In this document: positions 50,336 through 60,138 of the stretch, one piece after another
How positions within the stretch are numbered: the stretch's first letter is position 1
Layout: each line of letters starts with the position of its first letter
Assembly: GCA_044222185.1 (NCBI GenBank)
Contig: JBGANV010000004.1
Coordinates: 160,001-224,000, forward strand
Reading direction: 5' to 3'
Length of the DNA stretch: 64,000 bases
Source of the DNA: Planctomycetota bacterium
Lineage (GTDB): Bacteria > Planctomycetota > GCA-002687715 > CAIWVZ01
Notes under the pieces: model-generated
What the model saw: the letters and a program-made list of their open reading frames with translations, nothing else
The model's database searches: none
Told to the model about the DNA's origin: nothing
Program-made: the position numbers and the translations under genes

Positions 50336-53300
50336 TCAGTGGCGGCCGACGTCGAAGTTCAGCGTGCGGAACGGCTCGACGACGATCGGCGCGGTCCGCA
50401 TCGAGCCGTCTTCGAACCAGAGCGTGATCCGGTGACGACCTGCAGGCAGGACCGTCAGCAGCGACTCGCCCAGGCGGACCCCGCACGTCGCGTAGACGCG
50501 CTCGCCGAGTTCGGAGCGGACGTCGATCTGGGTCGGCAGAGTGCTCCGCGTTGCGCTGCTCGACGTGGTTTGGATCGAGAGCAGCCCAGCCGCCGTCATG
50601 CGGATCTGGCCGCACTCGGCGATGCCCGGGCGCTCGCGCCGCAGGACGACGCTGCCGGACGCCACCCACGTCTGCAGTTCGCCGTTGCGCCACGATGCGA
50701 GGACTGGTTTGTAGGAGGTGCCGGGACGGAGCCCGACCGCCGTGAACGATCCATCCGCTTCGAGCGTGACGCCCTGGAGGATGAACTCGGCGCCGTGGGC
50801 GAAGCCGAGCGACGAGGCTTGCGGGAGGGATCCGCCGTCGATGTGCAAGCGGCCACGCAGCGTCACCGTGGTCTGGTCGACGCCGCGGCCTGCGCCCCCG
50901 AGGGGCAGGACGAGGGTCATGGGGGTTTCCCCTGGGACGACATCCGGCACGATGGCGAAAGTCGGTGCCGCGGCGTCGCCACCGCGCACGGCGAGCTGCA
51001 GGCGTTCGCTCGGGAGGTTGCGGAGCTTGAAGAACCCCCCGTCGCGGGACGTGGACATGGCGCACCAGGAATCCGACGGAGGCACCTGACCTGCGAGGTC
51101 TTCGGCGATCTCCTCGACGGTGCGCGGCGCCCCGGGTTGGACCATCGCCATGACGAGCGCTCCGACGACGGGCCGTCCGTGTTCGTCGACCACCTTCCCG
51201 GTGAGTGCGACCTCGTCCTGGAGCGTGATCGTGATGGCTGGCTCATCGACGCCACGACCCGGAGTGACCAGGCCGGTGAACGCTCGGGCCCGCCCCGGAG
51301 CGCGCGCGTAGATGCGCACGGCACGCGGCGGTTCGGAGGGAGCCTGCGCGGGGAACGTGAGCCGTGCACGACCCTTCGCATCCGTCCGCAAGGGCTGTTC
51401 TGCTTCCGTTCGCGGAACGATGAACATCTTCGTCGAGAGCGCGACGTCCGCGATCGGCGCGCCCGCGCGGTCGACGACGCTGACCTGGATGCCCAGAGGC
51501 TCGCCGATGACGACGTCACCCGCTGCCGACGATTCGCCGGACCGAACGGCGACGCGGCGAGCGGCGTCCGTGCCGAACCGCGTCCACGGCGCGGTGATCT
51601 GGATCTCGACCGAGTCTTCGCCGCTTCCGACGGGCAGTCCGTCGAGCGAGAAATAGCCGTCGGCGTCCGTGATCGTCGCTCCGCGCATCGCCGCGAGGGC
51701 GGCGGGCAGCGCGAGCCCGTCGTCGTAATGAGGCGTGCGTGCAACACGTGCCGCGGCGACGGGGCGGCCGTCGCTCGTCACGACGCGACCGTGCACCACT
51801 GCCGGCTGCGTGGCGAGCAGGGTGATTGCCGTGGACTCGCCCTCTCCGGCCAGCTCGACTTCGGCGACGACGGGCGCATACCCCGGAGCGATGGCGCCGA
51901 TCATGCACCGGCGTCCTTCCTCGAGGTGGTCGAAACGGAACGTACCGTCCGCGTGTGCCACCACGCTCGTCGCTCCCCGCGCGTCCTCCGTGTCGTTCAG
52001 CCACCGGACGTCGGGCCCGGGAATCGCCAGCTTGTGACGGTCCGGCCAGTGGAAGATCGTCGCGCCCGCGATCGGGGATCTCGTCACCGAGTCGTTGATC
52101 GTTCCGGTGACGGCGCACCCGCGGCCGAGCGTGATGCGGGCGTAGCGGCCGCGCGTCGGATCCGCCTCGGGGAGCCTGGAGCACGTGGGCGCGAATCCCC
52201 TGGCCGTGACGACCAGGCGGTCCGCGATCTGCTGGCGTGTCTGCCGGAGGGCTTCCGTCTCAGGGATCTCGTTCAGCTCGAACGTGCCGCCGCTGCTGGT
52301 CGTCGCCGTCCGGTGGATCTCGATTCCCGAGAAGTATGCAATCCAGTCGATGGATGCGCCCGATACCGGCGTGCCGGCCGCGTCGGTGACGAGGCCCGTC
52401 GCCGGCCGGTCGGCGGCGAGGGTCACGGCGATGTGCCCCCCGAGGTGGCGGGACTCCATCACGGTCGGCGCGGCGCGACGCGCACGAACGTAGAGGTTCA
52501 CGAGTCCGCCGGCGGCCGTGGCGGGGAGCGTGAACTCCCCCTGGTCGTTGGTCGTCGCGCGCACGACGCCGCGGAGTGCGGGAGCGGACGGATCGTCGGA
52601 CACGGCGCGGATGATGTCGAGCGGGTACGCGATGACGTCGGCGTCGGCGATGGGGTTTCCCTCGGTGTCGAGAACCACTCCGGTCGTCGTGGCGAGCGGG
52701 CCGGGGTGCGGCACGACTCGCGCGGTGGACGGGGTCGCCGAGCTCGTATCCGGGTCCGTGGCCGCGGCGGAGGGCACGGCCGGGGCTGGCTCGCCTGCGG
52801 CGACCTGGGCGGTGCGGGTCTGCGGGGCCGACGTCAGGACGTGACCAGCCCACCAGATTCCGGTGACGAGCGTGGCGCCGAATAGGAGCGCCGGGAGCCA
52901 GCGCATCAGCACCACCGTTGCGGTCCCGGTTCCCGCAGCGACGGCGGAGGCCTTCGGCGGCAGGCGGATGAGCAGCGGTGCCAGTGTCATGGGCCAGGAG
53001 TCGCCGTGGCGCTCAGCCATCCGCTCCCGAAGCTGAGCGATCGCCCGCTTCAGGCGACTGCGGATCGTCCCCGCCGGCTCCCCCAGCCGGGCCGCGATCT
53101 GGTGCGGCTCGAGGTCGTCGAAGTACCGCAGCAGCACCGTCGTCCGGTACGGCTCGTCCAGTTCCAGGACGAGGCTCGTGAGTGACCTCTGGCGTTCGGC
53201 TCGGGCGACGACGTCCGGCGCCGCGGCTGCTGGCAAACCCGTTGGGGCGAGGCGCTCGCGCCGCGCGCGCCGGCCGCCACTACGCAGGGCCATCAGCGAC

Positions 53301-53500
53301 AGGTTGCGGATGACCGCCGCGATCCAACCCCGTGGCGATTGGTCATGCCGGGGCGGGCGTTCGATGGCAGCAAGGCAGGCCGTCTGAACGATGTCCTCGG
53401 CGAGGTTCGCGTCCCCCACGAGGCGGCGCGCAAGTGCGTGCGCCCATTGGCGGTTGGCGAGGAGGACGTCCAGCCCGTGGTTCTGCGACTCGACGGTCAT
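50336..53500 (-). CDS. ECF sigma factor fused via a TM helix to carboxypeptidase-regulatory-like (Ig) repeats
   Basis: Region 2 AEDIVQTA...GWIAAVIRN; region 4 LDEPYRTTVLLRYF...GTIRSRLKRA; TM WLPALLFGATLVTGIWW; repeated GxVxDxxGxPIAGA...TDADGxF units. Confidence 0.9.
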   Translation of the reverse strand: MTVESQNHGLDVLLANRQWAHALARRLVGDANLAEDIVQTACLAAIERPPRHDQSPRGWIAAVIRNLSLMALRSGGRRARRERLAPTGLPAAAAPDVVARAERQRSLTSLVLELDEPYRTTVLLRYFDDLEPHQIAARLGEPAGTIRSRLKRAIAQLRERMAERHGDSWPMTLAPLLIRLPPKASAVAAGTGTATVVLMRWLPALLFGATLVTGIWWAGHVLTSAPQTRTAQVAAGEPAPAVPSAAATDPDTSSATPSTARVVPHPGPLATTTGVVLDTEGNPIADADVIAYPLDIIRAVSDDPSAPALRGVVRATTNDQGEFTLPATAAGGLVNLYVRARRAAPTVMESRHLGGHIAVTLAADRPATGLVTDAAGTPVSGASIDWIAYFSGIEIHRTATTSSGGTFELNEIPETEALRQTRQQIADRLVVTARGFAPTCSRLPEADPTRGRYARITLGRGCAVTGTINDSVTRSPIAGATIFHWPDRHKLAIPGPDVRWLNDTEDARGATSVVAHADGTFRFDHLEEGRRCMIGAIAPGYAPVVAEVELAGEGESTAITLLATQPAVVHGRVVTSDGRPVAAARVARTPHYDDGLALPAALAAMRGATITDADGYFSLDGLPVGSGEDSVEIQITAPWTRFGTDAARRVAVRSGESSAAGDVVIGEPLGIQVSVVDRAGAPIADVALSTKMFIVPRTEAEQPLRTDAKGRARLTFPAQAPSEPPRAVRIYARAPGRARAFTGLVTPGRGVDEPAITITLQDEVALTGKVVDEHGRPVVGALVMAMVQPGAPRTVEEIAEDLAGQVPPSDSWCAMSTSRDGGFFKLRNLPSERLQLAVRGGDAAAPTFAIVPDVVPGETPMTLVLPLGGAGRGVDQTTVTLRGRLHIDGGSLPQASSLGFAHGAEFILQGVTLEADGSFTAVGLRPGTSYKPVLASWRNGELQTWVASGSVVLRRERPGIAECGQIRMTAAGLLSIQTTSSSATRSTLPTQIDVRSELGERVYATCGVRLGESLLTVLPAGRHRITLWFEDGSMRTAPIVVEPFRTLNFDVGRH

Positions 53501-53896
53501 GTCGCCTCACAGATTGCCACCTCTGGTCACGCCGTTGCAACGAGCGGCGGCCGAATACGCCATGAGCATGTCACGGTGTTGTATCGACGTCGGCCGGGCG
53601 GAATACGGCCCGGAGGGCGACGCTCGAAGGTCCCGTATGGAACCTCCGACGCAGAGGCGCGTCTCTGCGTGGCGTGGCCGGCGGTTCCGGCGCTCGTGAA
53701 CCCCCCCCCAGGTGCGCGGCGTTCTCAGCCGTGCAGGCTGACCGCCAGGTTGGTTGGGGGTGCGACACGTCCGCCCGCCGGCCCGTGTGCGATGGAGTGG
53801 CGGCACGGCTTCGCGGCCCTTCGCCGCGGAATCGTCCGACATGGATTCGAAGAGAATCGTCCGTCGGCCGTCAAAGGAGATGGAGATCGGCGTGTC

Positions 53897-55540
53897 ATGA
53901 CCAAAACGACGTTCTGGTTCGCATGGGCATTCCTGTTCTGCACGTGGGCGGGTGTGGTCGCGCAGGACGCCAAGTCAGGCACCTACGAGGACAAGCGATA
54001 CGGCTTCAAGATGAAGCTCCCCGACAAGTGGGGCGCGGTCCCGGTCGGCATCGACGAGAAGTGGATCGTCTGCAAGTACCTCTGCGACAAGAGCTATCAG
54101 CCCAAGAAGGGCGAGTTCTTCATGGATCACAAGCCGCAGCTGCGGGTGATCGTCTTCGCCGAGGACGCCACGAAGTTCAAAGGCCCGAAGATCGAGACCG
54201 AGGAGACCTCGGGAGGTCGGACGATCTCGGTTTCGCAGACGGAGGTTCCCTTCCGCGACTACAAGGACTATCTGAAGCGCAATCTGCAGGAGGGCTTCTT
54301 CTTCTCCAGCGAGAAGCAGGCGCAGAGCGCGACGATCCCGTGCTGGCAGTACGAGGTGAAGATCGAGAAGCTCACCGTGCCGCGGCGCCTCGTGACGTGG
54401 GTGTTCAAGGGCGACGCCGCCGAGTACGCCGTCGAGTTCGAGGTCCTCGAGGACCACTACGAGAAGCTCCTCCCGACGTTCATGTCGACCCTCCAGTCGT
54501 TCCGCTTCATTCCCAGGGAGTCGTCCGCCGTCGGCAACGTCGGCGCGACGACGGGCGGCGGCGTGAAGGAAGTGGACCTCATGGGGCGGGGCCGCGAGGA
54601 GTGGAAGAAGCTTCCGGCGAAAGAGCGCGCCGACAAGCGCAAGAGCACGGAGGAGAGCCGCTTCCACAAGGCGAAGCAGGGGCTCCCGGCCGGATGGACC
54701 ACGCAGACGACTCCGCACTTCCTCGTGCTGACGCACGCGGACGCGAAGTACACCCAGAAGGTCGTGGATGCGGCCGAGGCCTGTCGCAAATGGCTCGACG
54801 ACACCCTCGGAGGCGTGAGCGACGAATACGTGCTCAAGGCGATCATCCGGGTCTGCGCCGATCAGAACGAAGCCCGCGCGTACGTCTCCGACTCCACGGA
54901 CTCGTACAACGCCGCGAAGCGCGAAGTGGTGACCTACAAGGACGCGTCCATGGGGAGCCGATCGGGCTTCGAGCGTTTGTTCAGCGGCCTGTATCGATCC
55001 TATCTGTACGACAAGGACCCCTACCTGCTCATGAGCACGCCGGACTGGCTCGACGACGGGATGGCGCAGCTGATGTCGGCGGCGACTCCCAAGGGGCAAC
55101 GCCTCGAGACCGCCTCCGACACCTGGGAGGCCGACCGTGTGCGCGAGGCGATGAAGGGCGGCAAGGGGTGGACGGCACGCGCGCTGATCGAGATGCCTGC
55201 AGACAAGTTCCGCGGCAGCGAATTCGGCTCGAACGCCGTCATGTCGGGCCGGCTCGTCCGCACGCTGTTGACGACGAAAGAGAAGTTCCTCTCGGACTTC
55301 ATCGTGCGTTACTACAAGGCCGTCATCGAAGTCTCGGCCGAAATGAACAAGGACGACCGGATGACGATTCGCGGCGCCGACGAGACGGAAGAGCAGGAAG
55401 AGGCGCGGTTGAAGGAGCGCAAGCAGGCCGGCACCAAGCGTGCCGCCGAGCTACGCAAGGCGGTCCACGAGAAGGTGCTCACCTGGACCGACAAGGAATG
55501 GGGCGTGGTCGAGGCTGCGTTCGCCGCCGCCATCAAGTGA
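53897..55540 (+). CDS. Secreted DUF1570-like protein lacking HExxH (probable pseudopeptidase)
   Basis: Signal peptide, AAGGAG/GGAG SD; TPHFLVLTHAD and PDWLDDGMAQL present, but the HExxH position reads FSGLYRSYLY. Confidence 0.7.
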   Translation: MTKTTFWFAWAFLFCTWAGVVAQDAKSGTYEDKRYGFKMKLPDKWGAVPVGIDEKWIVCKYLCDKSYQPKKGEFFMDHKPQLRVIVFAEDATKFKGPKIETEETSGGRTISVSQTEVPFRDYKDYLKRNLQEGFFFSSEKQAQSATIPCWQYEVKIEKLTVPRRLVTWVFKGDAAEYAVEFEVLEDHYEKLLPTFMSTLQSFRFIPRESSAVGNVGATTGGGVKEVDLMGRGREEWKKLPAKERADKRKSTEESRFHKAKQGLPAGWTTQTTPHFLVLTHADAKYTQKVVDAAEACRKWLDDTLGGVSDEYVLKAIIRVCADQNEARAYVSDSTDSYNAAKREVVTYKDASMGSRSGFERLFSGLYRSYLYDKDPYLLMSTPDWLDDGMAQLMSAATPKGQRLETASDTWEADRVREAMKGGKGWTARALIEMPADKFRGSEFGSNAVMSGRLVRTLLTTKEKFLSDFIVRYYKAVIEVSAEMNKDDRMTIRGADETEEQEEARLKERKQAGTKRAAELRKAVHEKVLTWTDKEWGVVEAAFAAAIK

Positions 55541-55556
55541 CGCAGGGGGAACCGAC

Positions 55557-57137
55557 GTGAGATCATCGTTTGGAAGCGTTGCAGTCACGGCCGCCGTCGT
55601 GGCGTTCGCGTGCGTCGTCGTCGCCAGTGCGCAGGATGCGGTGCAACTCACTGACGGCCGCTTCGTCACCGGACCACCGATGACGCGCACGCCCAATGGG
55701 GTCGTCATCCACTACAAGAACGGCGACGTCACGATTCCCAAGACGCTCGTCCGCGAGGCCGCCGTTTCGAAAGTCGAGGGCGTCGAGCCCGACAAGGCGT
55801 CGCCGGAAGCCGCCGAGAAGATCGCGCAGGGCCTCGTCAACTTCGAAGGCAAATGGCTGAAGAAGGACCAGGTCGACAAGATCATCGAAGGGCGCAAGAT
55901 CGGGCGCACGAAGAAGATCAAGGAGGCGATGGATCATCGCGAGTGGCGCAACCGCTACACGTCGCAGACCGAGAACTTCGCCTTCGAGTACACGATCGAC
56001 CAGGAGGTGATGAAGGGCTACTCCGAGCTGATGGAGGTCTACTTCAAGCGCTTCACCAAGGAGTGGAAGATCACGCGCCCGGCGGGCATGGGGAAGCTGA
56101 AGGTCTGCTTCTACCACGACGAGGACACGTTCCATCAAGTGGGCGGCGCTTCACCCGGTGTGCTCGGCTACTTCAAGTTCGTGAAGCCCGAGGAGCTCAA
56201 CTTCTTCTACGACCGCACGGACGAGGAGCTCACCATGGCGGTCATGTTCCACGAGACGAACCACTACCTCACGCACCTGATCGATCCGACGTTCCAGTAC
56301 CCGATCTGGATCAACGAGTCGCTTGCCGAGTACTACGGCGCGAGCAAGTGGGACCCGAAGACGAAGACGATGGACATCGGCCGGATCCAGGATGGCCGGC
56401 TGGCGGTGATCCAGGACCACATCCTCGGAGACAACTGGCAGAAGCTCGACGCGCTGATGCGCCTGAAGCACGGCGAGTTCGACGCGAATCACTACGCCTG
56501 GGGCTGGTCCTTCGTCCATTACCTGATGTCGAACAAGAAGTACGCCGAGAAGTTCAAGGCGTTCTACATCGCGCTGGCCAAGGAGAAGGGCATCAAGCGA
56601 TCCAGCGAGGGGCAATTCAAGACCGTCGAGCCCGACGAGGTTCAACGCGTGCTCATGCAGTACCTCGGGGTGAAGGACATCGCCACGCTCGAGAAGGAGT
56701 GGCACGAGTACATCAAGAGCCTGAAGCAGACCTCAGCACACGGCTTGGCGGAGGCCGGCGAACTGTTCCTCATGTTCGACGCCCCGCTGAAGGCCCAGAA
56801 GTTCCTGAAACAGGCCATCGAAAAGGGCGACGACAACGCCAAGACCTGGTTCAACCTCGCACGAACGTACTCGCGAAAGAGCAAGTACGACGAGGCCGCG
56901 GATGCGATGAAGAAGGCGATCGAGCGGGATCCGCTCAACGGCCTCTTCTACCTCGAGGCGGCTCGCGCCGAGCAGGGGAAGGCCAACCACTCGTCCACGG
57001 ACGAATCGACGCGGCTGAAGCAGCTCGCACTCGAAGTCGAGCCGGACAACTTCGACGTCATCCAGCAGGTGATGATGGACGAGGCCGTGCGGAAGAAGTT
57101 CGGCGAGGAGCGGGAAAAGAGCAAGGGCGGGAGCTGA
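55557..57137 (+). CDS. Secreted DUF1570 gluzincin peptidase with C-terminal TPR
   Basis: MFHETNHYL...WINESLAEYY, YAWGWSFVHYL, TPR (TWFNLARTY...KYDEAADAMKKAIERDP); GTG start with GGGGGA SD. Confidence 0.85.
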   Translation: MRSSFGSVAVTAAVVAFACVVVASAQDAVQLTDGRFVTGPPMTRTPNGVVIHYKNGDVTIPKTLVREAAVSKVEGVEPDKASPEAAEKIAQGLVNFEGKWLKKDQVDKIIEGRKIGRTKKIKEAMDHREWRNRYTSQTENFAFEYTIDQEVMKGYSELMEVYFKRFTKEWKITRPAGMGKLKVCFYHDEDTFHQVGGASPGVLGYFKFVKPEELNFFYDRTDEELTMAVMFHETNHYLTHLIDPTFQYPIWINESLAEYYGASKWDPKTKTMDIGRIQDGRLAVIQDHILGDNWQKLDALMRLKHGEFDANHYAWGWSFVHYLMSNKKYAEKFKAFYIALAKEKGIKRSSEGQFKTVEPDEVQRVLMQYLGVKDIATLEKEWHEYIKSLKQTSAHGLAEAGELFLMFDAPLKAQKFLKQAIEKGDDNAKTWFNLARTYSRKSKYDEAADAMKKAIERDPLNGLFYLEAARAEQGKANHSSTDESTRLKQLALEVEPDNFDVIQQVMMDEAVRKKFGEEREKSKGGS

Positions 57138-57158
57138 GCCCCCGCCCCCGTCATTCGT

Positions 57159-57174
57159 GCGGGCCGAGGCCCGC
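57159..57174. terminator. Hairpin in the convergent gap
   Basis: GCGGGC-CGAG-GCCCGC between convergent stops; no U-tract. Confidence 0.25.
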
Positions 57175-57221
57175 CGCTTGCGCGTTCGCGCCGCGAGACG
57201 CGGCGCGCCGCAGGTTCGCGG

Positions 57222-59174
57222 TCAGAAGATGTTGAACGCGAACGTGAAGTTGGAGCCGAGCCACGGAACCGTGCTCGACCACATGCTCATACCGCTCTGC
57301 GGCCCGTAGGCCTGCAGAATGTTCGTCCCGAGCTTCACGTGGAGGCCGTTCGACGTCTTGATCGGGTCGTTCGGGAACGACACGGGGTTGTACATGACGA
57401 CCTGCATGTAGACGTCGAGCCCCATGAGTGCAGGCGTGTTGGGGATCGGCGCATTCGGCACCGACGTCAACGTGACGGGGATCCACAGTGCCGTCGTGAA
57501 GTCCACGAGCACCACGTCCGTCACGAGGTTGTTGGTGGCCCCGATCGTCGCCCAGAGCGGCGACGTACCGACCAGCGCATAGCACTCGGCGATCTGGACC
57601 GTCACCGAGCACGAGCTACCCGCGCCCAGGTCGTCCGTGAGGTGGAACGTGAAGACCCACGTCCCCGAGTTGGCGTTGTTCGGCGTCCAGTGCAACGTCG
57701 TCTGCGCCGGCTGGCCCGTGGTCGGGAGCGGCGTCGTGAACGAGATTGCAGCCGGAAGCTGAGTGTTCGTTCCGTTCTTGGCGACGCCCGTGAGCGACAA
57801 CGTCACGAACTGATTTGGGCCACCGTTCTGCGCCTCGCCCGCGATCGTGATCGAGAGCGGCGTGCCGACGTTGCCCATGACCGGTCCGATCGGCGTCGGC
57901 GCGATGCAGTGCGGAGCGCCGACCCAGTTCGCCTGGACGACGTTCGAATTCTGCGTCTGCGCGTTCGTCGGGTCGACGTAGCTCGCCTGGATGTTGTCCA
58001 GTCCGACGCCGTTCGCGCCCGTGTACGTGAAACTCGCCTGACCCTGCGCGTTCGTGAGAGCCGCTCCGGAGGTGCCGGCGTTCGGTCCCGTCACGACGCT
58101 GAACGACACGCTCGTGTTCGGAAGCGGCGCGCTGTTCGCCTGCGTGACGGTCGCCGTCACCGTGTGCGTCTGGCCGATGTTGTGCGTCGCAGAGGGCGGC
58201 TGGAGGCTGATGGTGCCGACGCCAGGGGGCGGCGCGAATCCACCGCAGATCCGGACGACGCTGTCGCCGCCGATCGTCACGCCGCTGTTGAGGCGGGTGC
58301 CATCCTGCGTCAGGTAGAGGCAGCCGTCGGCTCCGACCTGCGCCAGGTCGCCGCGGAAACCGCCGGACGCGAACAGGCTGACGGTGCCCGGCTGCGTGTA
58401 ATCGTTGCCGGGGAAGTCGATGCGCTGCATCGTCCCGTCCAGGTTGTTGGTGACGACGAACTGAGGTGAGGCCGCGTGGAACGCGATGCCGTCCGGCTCG
58501 GAGGGCAGGATCACGTGCTGAACGAGCGACCCGTCGCTCGTACGCAGGATCGTCACCCCGAAGCTGCCGAACGTGCCGCTTCCCGAGCGATTGGCGCAAA
58601 ACAGGAACGCGCCGGTCGGGTCGAAGAACACGCCGTCGACGAACTGTCCCTGGAGGACGGTGGAGAAGATGGACGACGTCGTGAGGTTGGGGTCGACGCG
58701 GACCATTTCTCCGCCCGCGCCGACGTACACGAGGTCGCTCGTGACGGGATCGACCGCGATGCCGAGGGCGTTGCCGCCCGGGCCGAATGGACCGCCTGCC
58801 GGCGCGCCGGTCGCCTCGTTCTGGCGAGTGATTCCGCCCGTGGTGTTCGAGTACATGAACCCGTTCGGGTGGTTGGTCAGGCCGCAGCCCACGTTCGACG
58901 GCACGAAGTTGACGAGCGAATGGACCGTGGTCCCGCCGATGTTCGTCGTGAGCGTCGCGCTGAACCGGCCGAGCGACCCGTTGCCGGCAACGCACGGTGT
59001 CACCCAGAGGTCGCCATTCGGCGCGAACGCGACGCCGCCGAAGAACCCGGGTGCCGTGGCGTACAGCTCCTGCGTGAAGCCGGGCTGGAGGAATGTGAAT
59101 GATTGGGCGTGCGCGGCCGTGGCGAGCACGACTGCGGCGAGAAAGAAGGATGCTCGATCGAAAGATCGCATCAT
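57222..59174 (-). CDS. Secreted beta-propeller + Big_1-type Ig domain protein with C-terminal beta domain
   Basis: Signal peptide MMRSFDRASFFLAAVVLATAAHA; NHL/SMP-30-like blades (GVAFAPNGDLWV, GIAVDP, PDGIAF); Ig motif HTVTATV...TNAQGQASFTY; tail IPNTPALMGLDVYMQVVMYN...TSNGL. Confidence 0.8.
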   Translation of the reverse strand: MMRSFDRASFFLAAVVLATAAHAQSFTFLQPGFTQELYATAPGFFGGVAFAPNGDLWVTPCVAGNGSLGRFSATLTTNIGGTTVHSLVNFVPSNVGCGLTNHPNGFMYSNTTGGITRQNEATGAPAGGPFGPGGNALGIAVDPVTSDLVYVGAGGEMVRVDPNLTTSSIFSTVLQGQFVDGVFFDPTGAFLFCANRSGSGTFGSFGVTILRTSDGSLVQHVILPSEPDGIAFHAASPQFVVTNNLDGTMQRIDFPGNDYTQPGTVSLFASGGFRGDLAQVGADGCLYLTQDGTRLNSGVTIGGDSVVRICGGFAPPPGVGTISLQPPSATHNIGQTHTVTATVTQANSAPLPNTSVSFSVVTGPNAGTSGAALTNAQGQASFTYTGANGVGLDNIQASYVDPTNAQTQNSNVVQANWVGAPHCIAPTPIGPVMGNVGTPLSITIAGEAQNGGPNQFVTLSLTGVAKNGTNTQLPAAISFTTPLPTTGQPAQTTLHWTPNNANSGTWVFTFHLTDDLGAGSSCSVTVQIAECYALVGTSPLWATIGATNNLVTDVVLVDFTTALWIPVTLTSVPNAPIPNTPALMGLDVYMQVVMYNPVSFPNDPIKTSNGLHVKLGTNILQAYGPQSGMSMWSSTVPWLGSNFTFAFNIF

Positions 59175-59515
59175 GACGTCTCTCATTTGGGATGGAGTGA
59201 CCGGTCGGACTTCGAACCGGGGAGCGCGAATCCTATTGCCTCGTGGCGCTCGCGCGCAAGGCGCGTGGCGCGACGCGACATGCGCGCGAACCTTCTCGTG
59301 CGAATAGCCTTGCAGCGGATCGGCTTTCTCTCGGAAACCCGTCACGGCACACGGCGCATCGAGCGGCGCCGTGCGAGCCTGCCCGGATGCGCGCGGCGGC
59401 CCGTCGCGCTCCGCGGAGGTGGGAACAGGTGCTGTCGACGACCGCGCCCAGGTCGGTGTAAGCGTGGTTCTACAGAGGACTTTCGTCGACACGAGCCGGT
59501 GCGACCCGCGCGCCG

Positions 59516-60055
59516 TCACCGGGTCGTGTCGCGCGGCGGCGGTCGTACGCCGCCGAACTCCCATGAGTCCTCCGTGGGCGCATTCACCCAGGGCCTGCCC
59601 GCGAGCGCGGCTTCGATCTGTCCGTGATGATGAACGCAGTGGTTGGACGCGAGTCTCAGCCAGCGCCACGCCGCGAATTCGCCCTTCTCGGGATGAAGGC
59701 AACCCGTGAGGAGGCGTTCCCGTGGAAGGTCCTCGACGAAGTGGATGAGCGTTCGCCGTGCGCCGAGAAAAAGTCCGCCGCTCACGTCGGCAGGCCGACG
59801 CGAGTAGTCGAGGTTGCGTGCCCAATCGTCCTGCTCGAAGCTTTCAACCGGGCTCCTTGGTTCTGCGGCCGCGCGGCAGAACCGCCAGAGGTTCACCATC
59901 TCGCAATCGGCCAGGTGCGCGAGGAGCTGGCGGACCGTCCACTTGCCCGGCGCGTAGGCGCGTGCCTGGTCTGCGGCGTTCAACTTGAAGAAGGGCGCGA
60001 CGAGGTCTTGCGTCTCGCGGAGGCGGTTGGCGAGGAATCGGGCGTCGACTTCCAT
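59516..60055 (-). CDS. DinB/YfiT-like (DinB_2) protein
   Basis: YAPGKWTVRQLLAHLADCE, FEQDDWA, NHCVHHHGQI; AGGAG SD. Confidence 0.88.
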   Translation of the reverse strand: MEVDARFLANRLRETQDLVAPFFKLNAADQARAYAPGKWTVRQLLAHLADCEMVNLWRFCRAAAEPRSPVESFEQDDWARNLDYSRRPADVSGGLFLGARRTLIHFVEDLPRERLLTGCLHPEKGEFAAWRWLRLASNHCVHHHGQIEAALAGRPWVNAPTEDSWEFGGVRPPPRDTTR

Positions 60056-60138
60056 GGTCGGACTCCTTTCAGAGGCCGGGAGCGTACGGCGCGGGGGGTA
60101 CAGGGTCCGTGGTTCGCCCGGGTACCATCCCCGCGCCC

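Noticed and set aside
53649-53741. Hairpins ACGCAGAG-N6-CTCTGCGT and TCAGCC-N5-GGCTGA and a C9 run in the ECF/DUF1570 intergenic region
   Set aside because: Isolated short stems are expected at this GC content; there is no second copy in the window and no evidence for phase variation.
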